A program made the position numbers and the translations under genes. Under the pieces are notes generated by a model. It saw only the letters and a program-made list of their open reading frames with translations, was not told the origin of the DNA and did not search any database. Source: Bdellovibrionales bacterium (lineage in GTDB: Bacteria; Bdellovibrionota; Bdellovibrionia; Bdellovibrionales; UBA1609). Taken from it: 64,000 nt of DNA. The stretch spans positions 1-64,000 of the forward strand of contig CBDHDF010000011.1 of the NCBI GenBank assembly GCA_965261545.1, in the 5' to 3' direction. Below, piece by piece: positions 20,409-30,505 of this stretch (the stretch's first letter is position 1; every line of letters starts with the position of its first letter).

Positions 20409-21290
20409 ATGAATCAGTCTTTTGCCAAGGAAAAGCTTATATTTTCTCAAGGTGATGAGAGCTGCAAGAGCCAAAAGCTCATTGAAAGAATTCGCTTCGA
20501 GCAAGATATTGAAGACGCTTTTGTGAATAAAGAGTTTTTTATTCAATATCAACCTATTGTGCATATGACCTCACGTCAACTGGCGGGCTTTGAAGCTCTC
20601 ATTCGATGGCAGAGCCCTACAAAAGGCTTGGTTCGTCCCGATATATTTATGGCCGTGGCTGAAGATGGGGCCCTTATGATACCCATTGGCCGATGGGTGC
20701 TGCAAAAAGCTATTAAAGACCTGGAAGAAATCAATAGGGCTTTGAATTTTAAACCCTTTATGGCGATCAATGTTTCTGGCAGACAAATGGGTGATGCCCA
20801 ATTCTTTAAAATTCTTGAAAATGGACTTGATCAGGCCGGTTGTGATCCTAGCCAAATTAAATTGGAAATCACAGAGAGGGTTTTTGTGGAGAAAGAAATA
20901 GCAATCAAGTGGATTCGTCGCTGTCAACAGATGGGGATGACTGTCGCCCTTGATGATTTTGGAACAGGCTACTCTTGCCTAGGGGCACTGACACAACTCA
21001 AAGTGGACAATTTTAAAATTGATAGATTCTTTGTAAGTCGTCTTATCAAAGACAAGGTAAGTCGTGTGATTGTTCAGGGTCTCATGGGCATTGCAAGGGA
21101 ATTGGGTATTCCTGTTGTGGCAGAAGGTATCGAAACCAGAAAGCAGGAGAATGAACTTAATAAGATGGGTTGCTCCTATGGACAGGGATACATATACTCG
21201 AAGCCCCTTTCCTTAGAGGCGGTCATCGAGTTTTGCCAGAAGAATCAAATTTGTACGAATACGAAAGGCTCATTTCCCAAAGTATCATAG
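20409..21290 (+). CDS. Stand-alone EAL c-di-GMP phosphodiesterase
   Basis: YQPIV, EALIRW, INVS, LEITE, DDFGTGYS, KIDR, AEGIE, QGY all present. Confidence 0.93.
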   Translation: MNQSFAKEKLIFSQGDESCKSQKLIERIRFEQDIEDAFVNKEFFIQYQPIVHMTSRQLAGFEALIRWQSPTKGLVRPDIFMAVAEDGALMIPIGRWVLQKAIKDLEEINRALNFKPFMAINVSGRQMGDAQFFKILENGLDQAGCDPSQIKLEITERVFVEKEIAIKWIRRCQQMGMTVALDDFGTGYSCLGALTQLKVDNFKIDRFFVSRLIKDKVSRVIVQGLMGIARELGIPVVAEGIETRKQENELNKMGCSYGQGYIYSKPLSLEAVIEFCQKNQICTNTKGSFPKVS

Positions 21291-21328
21291 AGCATCCCCC
21301 AAAGTATTTAGAACGCAACGAAAAGTGA

Positions 21329-22426
21329 CTATTTTAAGTAGCCTCGCCGTCTTTGATCTTCCTCAATGGCATCAAAAAGGGCTTGAAAATTACCCTCACC
21401 AAATCCATCATGACCCCTTCTTTGAATAATTTCAAAAAATATAGGACCAATCATATTTTTAGTGAAAATCTGAAGGAGGTAGCCCTCACTGTCTCCATCT
21501 GCTAGAATCTTCAACTCTTGCAACTTAGACATATCTTCTTTTAAATGAGGCAACCTCTGAGGCAGAGCTTCGTAATAGGTATCTGGCACATCTAAAAATG
21601 AGATACCTTTTTCTTTGAGGAGAGACACCGACTGAATAATATTATTTGTGTGAAGAGCAATGTGTTGAATTCCAGGCCCTTGATATTCTTCTAAATACTC
21701 CTGAATTTGTGATTTTTTATCTTTGGGTTCATTAATGGGGATGGTAATATTTTCGCAGGGCGAGCGCATCGCCCTTGAGAGCAAACCTGTTTGTTGACCA
21801 ACAATATCAAAGTATCTAATTTGTCTAAAATTAAAAACTTTGACATAAAAGTCATACCATTTGTCCATATCTCCCATGGGAACATTATTTGTCATGTGAT
21901 CCATAAAAGTGAGCCCTATGTCGCTGTGATGGTCACAAGCTCCGGGAATATACTCAAATTCTTCGGCGTAAATGTCCTTTTCTGTACCGCCATCAATAAA
22001 GTAAATAAGTGAATCACCAATTCCATAGATGGCCTTAAAGCTGTGAGCATGCCCTTCATAGGGCTTCCCTCCCCTTTCCACAGCCTCTTTTAGAGCCTTG
22101 TTGGCGTCGTAAACTCTAAAACCTGCGGCACACACCGAGGGGCCATGTTGGGATTGAAACTCTTCTGCAAAAGAGGAGGGCTCTTTATTTAAAATATAGT
22201 TGATTTGATGCTGGCGATAGAGAGTCACATTTTTTGTCTTATGGTGGGCGACCTTGGCATAGCCCATTTTATCAAATAACAATTCCAGTTCTTCGGGATG
22301 CTTCGATGTGTATTCCAAAAATTCCACGCCATTAAGTCCTATGGGATTATCTTGAGGTTGATGGACCGTTTGATTGGTTGTTTGGTTGACCGTTTGATGA
22401 TCTTGATAATTTTGAGGATGGACCAT
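21329..22426 (-). CDS. hppD: 4-hydroxyphenylpyruvate dioxygenase
   Basis: NPIGLNGVEFLEY, DHMTNNV, GPGIQHIAL, LLQIFT, FFEIIQR..GFGEGNF. Start moved to ATG 22426, which follows AAGGA. Confidence 0.96.
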   Translation of the reverse strand: MVHPQNYQDHQTVNQTTNQTVHQPQDNPIGLNGVEFLEYTSKHPEELELLFDKMGYAKVAHHKTKNVTLYRQHQINYILNKEPSSFAEEFQSQHGPSVCAAGFRVYDANKALKEAVERGGKPYEGHAHSFKAIYGIGDSLIYFIDGGTEKDIYAEEFEYIPGACDHHSDIGLTFMDHMTNNVPMGDMDKWYDFYVKVFNFRQIRYFDIVGQQTGLLSRAMRSPCENITIPINEPKDKKSQIQEYLEEYQGPGIQHIALHTNNIIQSVSLLKEKGISFLDVPDTYYEALPQRLPHLKEDMSKLQELKILADGDSEGYLLQIFTKNMIGPIFFEIIQRRGHDGFGEGNFQALFDAIEEDQRRRGYLK

Positions 22427-22527
22427 AGAATTTCCTTTTTCATTAGAGTCTTCTTTTTCGTTTCTGAGCTTCATATTTTCACTCCTAAACAAATGAAATA
22501 TGAAAATATGAAACACATAGGTTTTTG

Positions 22528-23376
22528 TCAATAGACTTCTATTCCCAACATGGCCCACAGGCCCAAGATCCATAGATAGACGCTAAAGAACGCAAGGTGG
22601 CCTTTTCTGACAAAGAAAAGGATGCTCCATAAGCCTATCAAGCCGACAACGTAGGAAACAGCCACACCTGTCAGCATAGGCCACAGAGAATCATTGAGCC
22701 ACAGAGGCTCATGCTCATTGAAGGCCAAAGACCCCAATTCAAGGAGAGTGGCACCTAAGATAGCGGGAATAGACAACAGAAAGCTAAAACCTGCGGAAAC
22801 ATTTCTAGGAAGCCCTAGAAACAAACCCATGGCAATGGTGGAGCCTGAGCGACTGATTCCTGGAGCAATAGCAAGGCCCTGAACTAAGCCTATGGCGAGG
22901 GCCTTCCAGCCACTCATGCTTTCGAAGCTCCCAAAGTCATGGAGTGTTTCCTTGAGATGACTTTCTTCACTCCTTTTATAGCGTGTTAAAAATAAAATCA
23001 CTCCGGTGAGGCATAAAAATAACCCTACAAATCTTACGTCTGAAAAGAAAGAGATAAAGACATCTCGTGCAACAAAACCAATGATGGCCGTGGGTATGGA
23101 ACCTAGTACCACCCAAATAAATATTTTGACAGGCAAGCTCAATAGCCTGGCTTTTGGAAAAAGTATGACATCCACAGCAATCTTTTTGATCTGGTGAAAG
23201 TAAACAGTGAAGACACTCATTAAAGTTCCAAAGTGCACAGCAATATCAAGGGACACACTGTGTTCTTTAAAACCTAAAAACTTTTGGATCAGGACAAGGT
23301 GGCCGGAACTGGAAATTGGCAGAAACTCTGTAAGTCCCTGAACGATTCCTAGGATGATCGCATTGATAAATTCCAA
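22528..23376 (-). CDS. uppP: Undecaprenyl-diphosphate phosphatase
   Basis: GIVQGLTEFLPISSSGH, PGISRSGST, FSFLLSIP. Confidence 0.96.
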   Translation of the reverse strand: MEFINAIILGIVQGLTEFLPISSSGHLVLIQKFLGFKEHSVSLDIAVHFGTLMSVFTVYFHQIKKIAVDVILFPKARLLSLPVKIFIWVVLGSIPTAIIGFVARDVFISFFSDVRFVGLFLCLTGVILFLTRYKRSEESHLKETLHDFGSFESMSGWKALAIGLVQGLAIAPGISRSGSTIAMGLFLGLPRNVSAGFSFLLSIPAILGATLLELGSLAFNEHEPLWLNDSLWPMLTGVAVSYVVGLIGLWSILFFVRKGHLAFFSVYLWILGLWAMLGIEVY

Positions 23377-23475
23377 GCTTTCCTCGTTTTTCTAATGATG
23401 TGTTATGGTGGCACTATTTTTGCATAATCATAAGCCTTTTACAACTCTTTACAACCTTTTATAAATGGGGCGGTC

Positions 23476-24216
23476 GTGGGCTTTATTTTCATACAGGTTT
23501 GGTTCGGTATATGTTTTTTTTGTTTCTATTTAAAGCAAATGAAGCGAAAGCATCTCTTAAGCAGAGGTGCCACTCAAAAAGTGGGTATAGCCTATGCTGT
23601 CTATTTGTTTGTGTTGCCCTTTTGGGCTCCTGTAAGTTATTTTTCAATGTTTGTTGTGATTCACACCCCCTTCTTTTTGCTGGTCTTTTTTGAGTTTGTT
23701 TTAAGAAAGTATCGAGTTTTCTATATTCGCCGCCATATTTGTGGTTTTTTGTCCCTTGTTATTTTGAAAATGCATGTGGGCCACTCCTTTCGCGATGCCC
23801 TGCAATGGGCCAATAGAGAAAATGACCCCTTTATGCAGTCAAAGTGGAATAAAATCATTGGCTCTGTTGTCTTTTCAAAACAACCAATGAAGCACGAGCA
23901 TCGCTTCTTAACCACCTTGGTACAAAATTTAAAGAGTATTGATGAGCAGAGCCACTTGTCACTTCAAGGGGTGCAGAATTTACGCAGAAAGTATGAAATT
24001 GAAGATGAGTTTCTCCATCGATCCCGGCAGGCACTCTATCAAACGAGGGCACAGAGCTTCATTATGTTTGGAATGTATGTCGCGGCATTTGGATTCATGG
24101 TCATGAGATACGGATTTCACTCTATGGTAGATATTTTTATGATCTCTTTGGGTCTCTTTTTTTCGGGTTTTATGGGAACTTTACTTTTAGGAAGAAAAAT
24201 GCGATGGAAGCACTAG
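23476..24216 (+). CDS. Membrane protein, possibly TadB-like (T2SS F family)
   Basis: N- and C-terminal TM segments; L.L.M.VGHSFRDAL and QTRAQ pattern. Weak recognition. Confidence 0.5.
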   Translation: MGFIFIQVWFGICFFCFYLKQMKRKHLLSRGATQKVGIAYAVYLFVLPFWAPVSYFSMFVVIHTPFFLLVFFEFVLRKYRVFYIRRHICGFLSLVILKMHVGHSFRDALQWANRENDPFMQSKWNKIIGSVVFSKQPMKHEHRFLTTLVQNLKSIDEQSHLSLQGVQNLRRKYEIEDEFLHRSRQALYQTRAQSFIMFGMYVAAFGFMVMRYGFHSMVDIFMISLGLFFSGFMGTLLLGRKMRWKH

Positions 24217-24638
24217 CTCCCCCTCTCAACTGTGTTCTTGAAATGAGAGTCTTTCTTGGACAAGGCTTAGGAGTGGGCTCCTCCCTCCTTAGGTACATTC
24301 AAAGAAATGATGACTCTTTTTCACAGCAGGTGGCCGAGTGGCTCAGACTGAGGGAACAAGGGGGGCAAGCCCATGAGTACAGGCATAGCCTTCGCAGTAT
24401 ATATAGAAAAACACTCCTCTCTATTTTTGATATGGGCTTAGAGGGAGCCCCCATTTTAGAGCACATGAAAAAGATGGAGAATGAATTGATGAAAGTGGGT
24501 CAGTCTGAACTTGATGAGTATATAAGGAGACTTCCCCTCATCTCCCTGCTACCTCTTCTCTTTTTACAACTACCAGCTCTTCTTATTATTGTGCTCTATC
24601 CTATGCTCAATGAACTCTTGAAAGGACTGGCCTCATGA
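24204..24638 (+). CDS. Membrane protein, possibly TadC-like
   Basis: C-terminal LLPLLFLQLPALLIIVLYP TM segment; overlaps the upstream gene. Confidence 0.45.
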   Translation: MEALAPPLNCVLEMRVFLGQGLGVGSSLLRYIQRNDDSFSQQVAEWLRLREQGGQAHEYRHSLRSIYRKTLLSIFDMGLEGAPILEHMKKMENELMKVGQSELDEYIRRLPLISLLPLLFLQLPALLIIVLYPMLNELLKGLAS

Positions 24639-25534
24639 ACCAATGCCGTTTCCTTAAGAAAAATCTCTTGAAATTATTAGATAAATCGACAAGAATAAGA
24701 CTTGTTTTATTTTACACCCAACCCTCAACCAAGGAGTAAGTCACATGCAATCCAATATTGATCTCGAAAGCCCCCAAATGACGAGTTCGCGTCACAGATG
24801 ACCATTTTATTCTACCAAAACTTGATTCTTCCTTCAAGTCAGAGCACCTTGTCGATCCAGAAAAACAAAAAAGGAATCGAAAATTTAATCCTCAAATTTT
24901 CTTTTTTACCATTATCTATCTTATTTCCGGAACAAATTACGAAGGCTACCAAATCGCTCTTAAGACGGTATGGACTCATTTTGGTGACCTGCTTCTCATG
25001 CCAGTCAAAAGCAGTCTCAGCAAGATACGTCAAAGTATTTCTTACCTATTTTTCAAAGATATCTTTGAATCTTTGATTACAGACTACGAACCATTGAGAA
25101 AAACGTTTCATGGTTTTTATATCTATGCCATAGATGGCGACCAATTAGCACTTCCTCGCTCTAAAGATCTTTTAAAGGAGGGTTATTGTGGGTACCCTTG
25201 CCCAAATGAGATGGAAACTCATTTCTTACGTATGTATCTATCTCATGCTTATGACGTTTTATCGGGTGTGACAAAGAATCTTTGCTATTCTCCCGCTCTG
25301 AACGAAATCGCCAATGCTATTCAAATGATAGGTAGTTTTGAGAGTAATAGCATAACTCTCTACGATAGGCTTTATTTATCTACAGAGATTATTGGCTATA
25401 TCCGAGTTTCTCGGAGCCTAAAGTCCAAATTCCCTAGGGAAATAGCTAAAAACTGGATGTACAGGTTATTCCTAAGATTTGTACATAAAAACACGGAGGA
25501 CAGGGCTACCAAATCACTTGTGTGGAGAGCCGCC

Positions 25535-25626
25535 GTTATCCACAAGACTCACCCACAGCAGCGCTGCTTTATTGTGGCTCCGAGGGCCATAGCCGCAGCG
25601 TCGCCATGGATGAGTCTGTGGATAAC
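25535..25626. repeat. Long imperfect hairpin closed by two inverted perfect DnaA boxes, homologous to 11201-11298
   Basis: TTATCCACA at 25536-25544 and TGTGGATAA at 25617-25625. Confidence 0.85.
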
Positions 25627-25694
25627 TGACTCATCTTGGCGGAGTTAGTATGGGGAGGTGAATTGGAAAAAGAAATGTTGATCGACAATAAAAA

Positions 25695-26936
25695 CTATAA
25701 TGTACAAAAACGCTTGGGGAAACTTCCAACAATATCCAAATCCCCAGCACACAAGTAAATCATATTCTCAAAACCCTGTAGGTTCTTAAATCCTGAAGCC
25801 CGATTTTTTATGATCTTTAGAAGGCGATTGATTCCCTCAGCCTTGGCATTTGTGACAGGATCTTTAATGAAGGAAAGAATATTTTCTTGGTGCTTCCTGA
25901 GCATCAAGGCAAACTTTTTCATAGAATCAATGCGTGATCTTAAGGCACGAGTGATCCAGGCATTCAGAAAATTCGCAGCATGACCTGGACTCACATAATC
26001 CCAGAAATGCTCAAAATTATCTTTAAGCAGCCATGCTCTGAATATTTTATTGTTAGATTTCTCCATGAGGTTAATTTTACGAGTTTGGGCCTTACTACGA
26101 GAGGATGAACTGTAGGCTATCAACCAGCGAGTTCCCTTAATAGCCTTTCTGTCCTTCTTGCAGGCATCTCTCCAAATTTCTTTTCTCACCTCATCCACAG
26201 CCCTGTTGAGGGATTGAATAATGTGAAATTTGTCCAAAACGAGAGTAGCATTCTTACAATGCTCCTTGATAGAGGAGATGTAGCCTTGAGCCATATCACA
26301 ACAAGCCACTCTAATTTTGTCTCGCTGATATTGGCTGAGTTCCTTTGTAAAAAAGGAGTCTATTGTCTCCTTACCCTTACCTTTTCCAATCCAAACGACA
26401 CAGCCTTTCTTCATGTCGTAAATCAAGGTAATAAACTTCCTTCCCTTAGCATAAGAAATTTCATCGACTCCAATGACCTCCAAACCACGAATTTTGTGAC
26501 CATCTCGTTCCCTGTGGATGATTCGATGAATAAGATCAGATAAGGTGGATGTGGGTATCTTGACAAGCTCTGAAACGGCTTTTTGGGTCATCTGCTTGGT
26601 CAGGGTCAGAATTGTTAGTTCCAGACGATAGGTGACTCGACTGAAGTGGTCGGCCCAAGGAATTCTCTCCATAATACGACCATGAGTGGGACACAGAACT
26701 TCCTTCGGAGAATAATGGAAATAAATGGGGGTACCGCACACGACGATATCTCGCCACACTCTTTCTTCTAAGCATCTAAGTATCTTACAGCGGCGTCCAC
26801 AATGAGGACAGCGGCAGCCATTCTTATGGGGTTTAACCCCTAAGTGAAGTTCTTGATTTCGATTTTTAAATTTAACCCAAGTCACTTTTAAGAATGATAA
26901 TTTCAACATCTTTATAATAAACTTATTCAAGACCAT
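25695..26936 (-). CDS. ISL3-family transposase
   Basis: Zn-finger CPHC...CPTH; IGVDE, CDM, LDKFHI, TNAKAEGINRLLK. ATG 26936 follows AGGAG. Confidence 0.95.
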   Translation of the reverse strand: MVLNKFIIKMLKLSFLKVTWVKFKNRNQELHLGVKPHKNGCRCPHCGRRCKILRCLEERVWRDIVVCGTPIYFHYSPKEVLCPTHGRIMERIPWADHFSRVTYRLELTILTLTKQMTQKAVSELVKIPTSTLSDLIHRIIHRERDGHKIRGLEVIGVDEISYAKGRKFITLIYDMKKGCVVWIGKGKGKETIDSFFTKELSQYQRDKIRVACCDMAQGYISSIKEHCKNATLVLDKFHIIQSLNRAVDEVRKEIWRDACKKDRKAIKGTRWLIAYSSSSRSKAQTRKINLMEKSNNKIFRAWLLKDNFEHFWDYVSPGHAANFLNAWITRALRSRIDSMKKFALMLRKHQENILSFIKDPVTNAKAEGINRLLKIIKNRASGFKNLQGFENMIYLCAGDLDIVGSFPKRFCTL

Positions 26937-27790
26937 GGCATCTCCTGTATTATTTTCCAATAAGTAAATTAAGAGATTAAACCATGGTTTTGTTATGGGT
27001 AAAGTAATGAGGGGGATAAATCATGGAAATTGAATTATTTTCTTGGTTTTTAATGCGGTAATTCTGCAACGTCGAAATTAGGCCCATTTTCTGTTGAGAA
27101 ACTCGGATATACCCAGATTATTAAGGCCCATGCTCAAGCCAGTAACTTCTTTATTGCGCGTTGTAAGCGAGGCTCTACTTTTATCCCCATTGTAAATTTA
27201 TTTAATGGCCCAGGTTGGTATTCACGAATGGTTATTGAGGGGGTGGTCATTCATCTCTATAAGTATAAAAACCCAAAGACTGGGGAGTTCTCTGTTTTGG
27301 CCACTAATCTTCCGCATGGCTCCTTGGACAAGAAGGATATGGTTGCTCTTTACTCTCGTCGTTGGGAAATAGAAACGACATTTCGTGATTTTACATCGAC
27401 AATGAAAATGGAGCAGTGGCACTCAACAAGCCTTAATGGAATATTGCAAGAGCTGTATTCTTATTTTTGGCTCTTCAATTATACAAAGATTCAAATGAGC
27501 ATAAATGAGGATGAAGACAGTGTGAATCAGTTGGTAAAAAATGACTACAAAAAACCTAACTTTAAACTGATTCTTGATTTCATAATGGATAGCATCCCTC
27601 TTTTTGTTGCGGGGCTCTATCAGAAATTTAGGAAGCAGATAAAGTTGCTGATGAAGATTTCAATGGAGAAGAGGAGGCACTTCAAAAGAAGCTATGAAAG
27701 GTCTATCAAAAGGGCTGGGAGTTCTTTTAAAAGAAATAGCTTAACGCAGAGGCAGAGGGGTGTGGTGGCTTAAGGAAACGGCATTGCCTC

Positions 27791-28228
27791 ATGAACCAAA
27801 GGCAAGGGTTTCGATGGTTGCTGCTTTTGACCCTATGGTTTCCATATAGCTCTTTTACTAGTGAATCTTTAGGACTGAGAAAAATCATTGAAAGTTCTCG
27901 CCTCGATGTCTTAGGAAAAATAATTTCTTTTCAAAAAAAGGATAGCCTATGGATGGAGAAGTGTAAGATCGAGCTGTCTCTCTTATACCCACCTGTGTCC
28001 TGTTTAAAGCGTATTGACGAACTCAAGATTTATTTTCCCAAAAAGGCTCAACTTCTTCGAAATCAAAGGGAAGAGTACCATATACTATGTCGAGCCTATA
28101 CCCCTACCATGGGGGATATCAACTGGATTGAAAAGTCTCTTTCCCTCAAAGTGGGGGGCGACTGTGAGAGAGCCCTTGTTCGTAGGAGAAAAATCTTGAA
28201 ATACAGATTTAGCCAAAGTCTTGAATGA
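27791..28228 (+). CDS. Hypothetical exported protein
   Basis: Signal-peptide-like N-terminus and four Cys. The ATG lies in the IS4 TSD. Confidence 0.65.
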   Translation: MNQRQGFRWLLLLTLWFPYSSFTSESLGLRKIIESSRLDVLGKIISFQKKDSLWMEKCKIELSLLYPPVSCLKRIDELKIYFPKKAQLLRNQREEYHILCRAYTPTMGDINWIEKSLSLKVGGDCERALVRRRKILKYRFSQSLE

Positions 28229-28277
28229 AGCTCTTGAAACAAAGCATTAGAAGTAGCCTTTTTCTTTATTTCCATTT

Positions 28278-29315
28278 ATGATTTTCTTTATGCAACGCTT
28301 GTCTGACGGTATTTTAAACTTTCTTTGCCAAGCTTTGGCTTCCACGAGCTTTGAAGTTCTTCCCCTCCTAGGGGATGCGAGCAAAAGAAAATATTTTCGT
28401 CTGTCTCACAAAGACGACACTTATGTGCTCATGTTGTGGGAACCCTTTGATCCATCAACATACCCCTTTCTCTCTGTACAAAAACACTTTGCTAAACATG
28501 ATGTTAAAGTGCCCTATGTTGTCGATCAAGAAGCTGAACTGGGAGTTCTTCTTTTGGAAGACTTGGGGGACCTCACTCTTGAACGTTGTTTCTGGAGAAT
28601 TCAAGACCAACAACTTGTGATTCCATTTTATAAGCAAGCCCTTGATGAGGTGGTTAAGATTCACTTTCGCTGTAGCAATGACTTTCAAAACTCATGCACA
28701 GCTTTTCAAGTCTCCTTTGATAAGGAGAAGCTTCTATGGGAAATGAACTATGGAAAGGTCCATTTGTTAGAAAAGCTCGTAAAGATGAATCTCAGTGATA
28801 AAGACTTCAATCATCTGGAGTTTGTATTTGAAGACATTTGCACAAAACTTGATAAGGAGCCAAAATATATTTGTCATCGAGATTACCATTCAAGAAATCT
28901 CATGTATCACAAGAAAGAAATACGAGTGATCGATTTTCAAGATGCTCGTCTTGGCCCTGTTCAGTATGATCTCGTCAGCCTTTTTCATGATTCTTATGTA
29001 AGTCTCAAGCCAGAGATTATTGAGATATTAATAAAATACTACTTCCATCAAGCTTCTGGTCTTTACAAGAAGTCCCTTCCAAGGGTGGATGAATTTCAAT
29101 ACATATTTCAATTACAAACCATTCAGCGTTGCTTTAAAGCTTGTGGTAGTTTTGCAAGTTTTTACAACCAAGGAGGAGACCAGAGGTATCTTAAGTATAT
29201 TCATAAGACCATTCGTAGGATATACAAAATACTTGAAAATTTTCCAGAGTATGCGCACTTCAGGGAGGTTCTCACGAGGGAGAATCTCTTGGAAAGGCAT
29301 TTTGAAGATCTATGA
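28278..29315 (+). CDS. amgK: Aminoglycoside phosphotransferase family, AmgK-like anomeric sugar kinase
   Basis: LLGDASKRKYFR, LEDLGD, CHRDYHSRNLM, IDFQDARLGPVQYDLVSL. Paired with a nucleotidyltransferase. Confidence 0.8.
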   Translation: MIFFMQRLSDGILNFLCQALASTSFEVLPLLGDASKRKYFRLSHKDDTYVLMLWEPFDPSTYPFLSVQKHFAKHDVKVPYVVDQEAELGVLLLEDLGDLTLERCFWRIQDQQLVIPFYKQALDEVVKIHFRCSNDFQNSCTAFQVSFDKEKLLWEMNYGKVHLLEKLVKMNLSDKDFNHLEFVFEDICTKLDKEPKYICHRDYHSRNLMYHKKEIRVIDFQDARLGPVQYDLVSLFHDSYVSLKPEIIEILIKYYFHQASGLYKKSLPRVDEFQYIFQLQTIQRCFKACGSFASFYNQGGDQRYLKYIHKTIRRIYKILENFPEYAHFREVLTRENLLERHFEDL

Positions 29316-30472
29316 AAGGCATGATTCTTGCCGCAGGATACGGTCGTCGTTTTCTTCCCCAAACTCTCCATTTGGCTAAACCTGCGCTTCCACTTTTTGA
29401 CTTGCCTATGATCGCTCACCCTATTCACTACTTGGCCTTAATGGGAGTGAAAGAATACATCATTAATACTCATTATCTTCCCCAAACTGTTGAAAAGGCC
29501 GTCCAAAAACTCAATCTATCTCAAAAGAATCATTCTCAAAGAATGGATTCTCAAGAGACTCATTCTCAGAAGGCTTATTCTGAAATAATTTCTTCTAAAG
29601 AAATGCATTTTGAAAAAATTCATTGGAGCTTTGAAAAAAAAATCTTAGGCAGTGGTGGAGGGATCAAAAAGGCTCAAACGTGGCTGGGAAGTGAAGATTA
29701 TTTTATAGTGGCCAATGCGGATTGTGTTCTTAGTTTACCCAGTGGAAGCGTCCTCTCTCGCCTTGTGGAGGAACACAAACACAATGCTAATGCTCCTTTG
29801 GCCACTCTTTTAAGCTGCCCTCACCCAGGTTTAGGAACCACCTATGGGGCTCTTTGGTGTAAAGACAATCAAGTGAAAAAAATTGGCAAAGCTTCTCCTT
29901 CCACTTACCCTAAATTGATACCTCGGCACTACGCCAGCATCATGCTTCTTTCCCAGAAAATATTTGAATACTTACCTGAGGGTTCTTCTTGTATTTTTAA
30001 AGATGCCATTTGCAATGGTATTTCTCAAGGTGAGCTTGTTCAGTCTCTTTACTTTGAAGATATGCAGTGGTTTGAAACGGGTGATCTCGATTCCTATTTA
30101 AAAACCCAAAAGAAGCTTCTTGTACGCATGCAAGGTGGTCATGATCATGGGCACTCTCTGCAACATCCCCACGGTGAGTTCTTGAAATCGGTCTATCGAC
30201 GCTTCTTGGATTATGAACCTCCTATCCCCATCAACCCAACTACATCTACCCCTGCCACAACAGGCTCTTCTTGTCTTCACTGGATTTCTCCTCACGCTGT
30301 GGTGTTTCCAGGAACGAAGGTGGGTGAAAATGTTGTTATTTGCTCAGGGGCTCAAGTGGGATCTGAAATTTCCTCGAAAAATGCCGAAATTTCCTTGGAG
30401 AATGCCACGATCTCTTGGGGGAGAACTGGGGCTTTTAAAAATAATTTTATTCACTCCATGTTGATTCTTTAG
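29312..30472 (+). CDS. murU: NTP transferase, MurU-like
   Basis: GMILAAGYGRRF..T...KPA, INTHYL, ILGSGGG. ATGA overlap with the amgK-like gene. Confidence 0.7.
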   Translation: MKGMILAAGYGRRFLPQTLHLAKPALPLFDLPMIAHPIHYLALMGVKEYIINTHYLPQTVEKAVQKLNLSQKNHSQRMDSQETHSQKAYSEIISSKEMHFEKIHWSFEKKILGSGGGIKKAQTWLGSEDYFIVANADCVLSLPSGSVLSRLVEEHKHNANAPLATLLSCPHPGLGTTYGALWCKDNQVKKIGKASPSTYPKLIPRHYASIMLLSQKIFEYLPEGSSCIFKDAICNGISQGELVQSLYFEDMQWFETGDLDSYLKTQKKLLVRMQGGHDHGHSLQHPHGEFLKSVYRRFLDYEPPIPINPTTSTPATTGSSCLHWISPHAVVFPGTKVGENVVICSGAQVGSEISSKNAEISLENATISWGRTGAFKNNFIHSMLIL

Positions 30473-30505
30473 CCCGCATTATGCAATTTTGTGAGAAGTT
30501 ATGAC

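Larger units (their letters stand above)
25394..27114 (-). mobile_element. ISL3-family element
   Basis: TIR GG(C/G)TATATCCGAGTTTCTC. 8-bp AT-rich TSD AGATTATT at 25386-25393 and 27115-27122. Confidence 0.96.
24745..27773 (+). pseudogene. IS4 transposase split by ISL3
   Basis: A single open frame from 24782 to 27773 once ISL3 and one TSD are removed. 5' start unclear. Confidence 0.88.
24641..27786 (+). mobile_element. IS4-family element, copy 2, interrupted by ISL3
   Basis: Same 18-bp TIR as copy 1. 10-bp TSD CCTCATGAAC at 24631-24640 and 27787-27796. Confidence 0.96.

Noticed and set aside
22528..22573. Apparent hppD/uppP overlap
   Set aside because: Caused by an over-extended hppD start; the better start is at 22426.
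24998..25648. 216-aa ORF as a distinct protein
   Set aside because: It is the IS4 transposase N-half reading into the ISL3 end.
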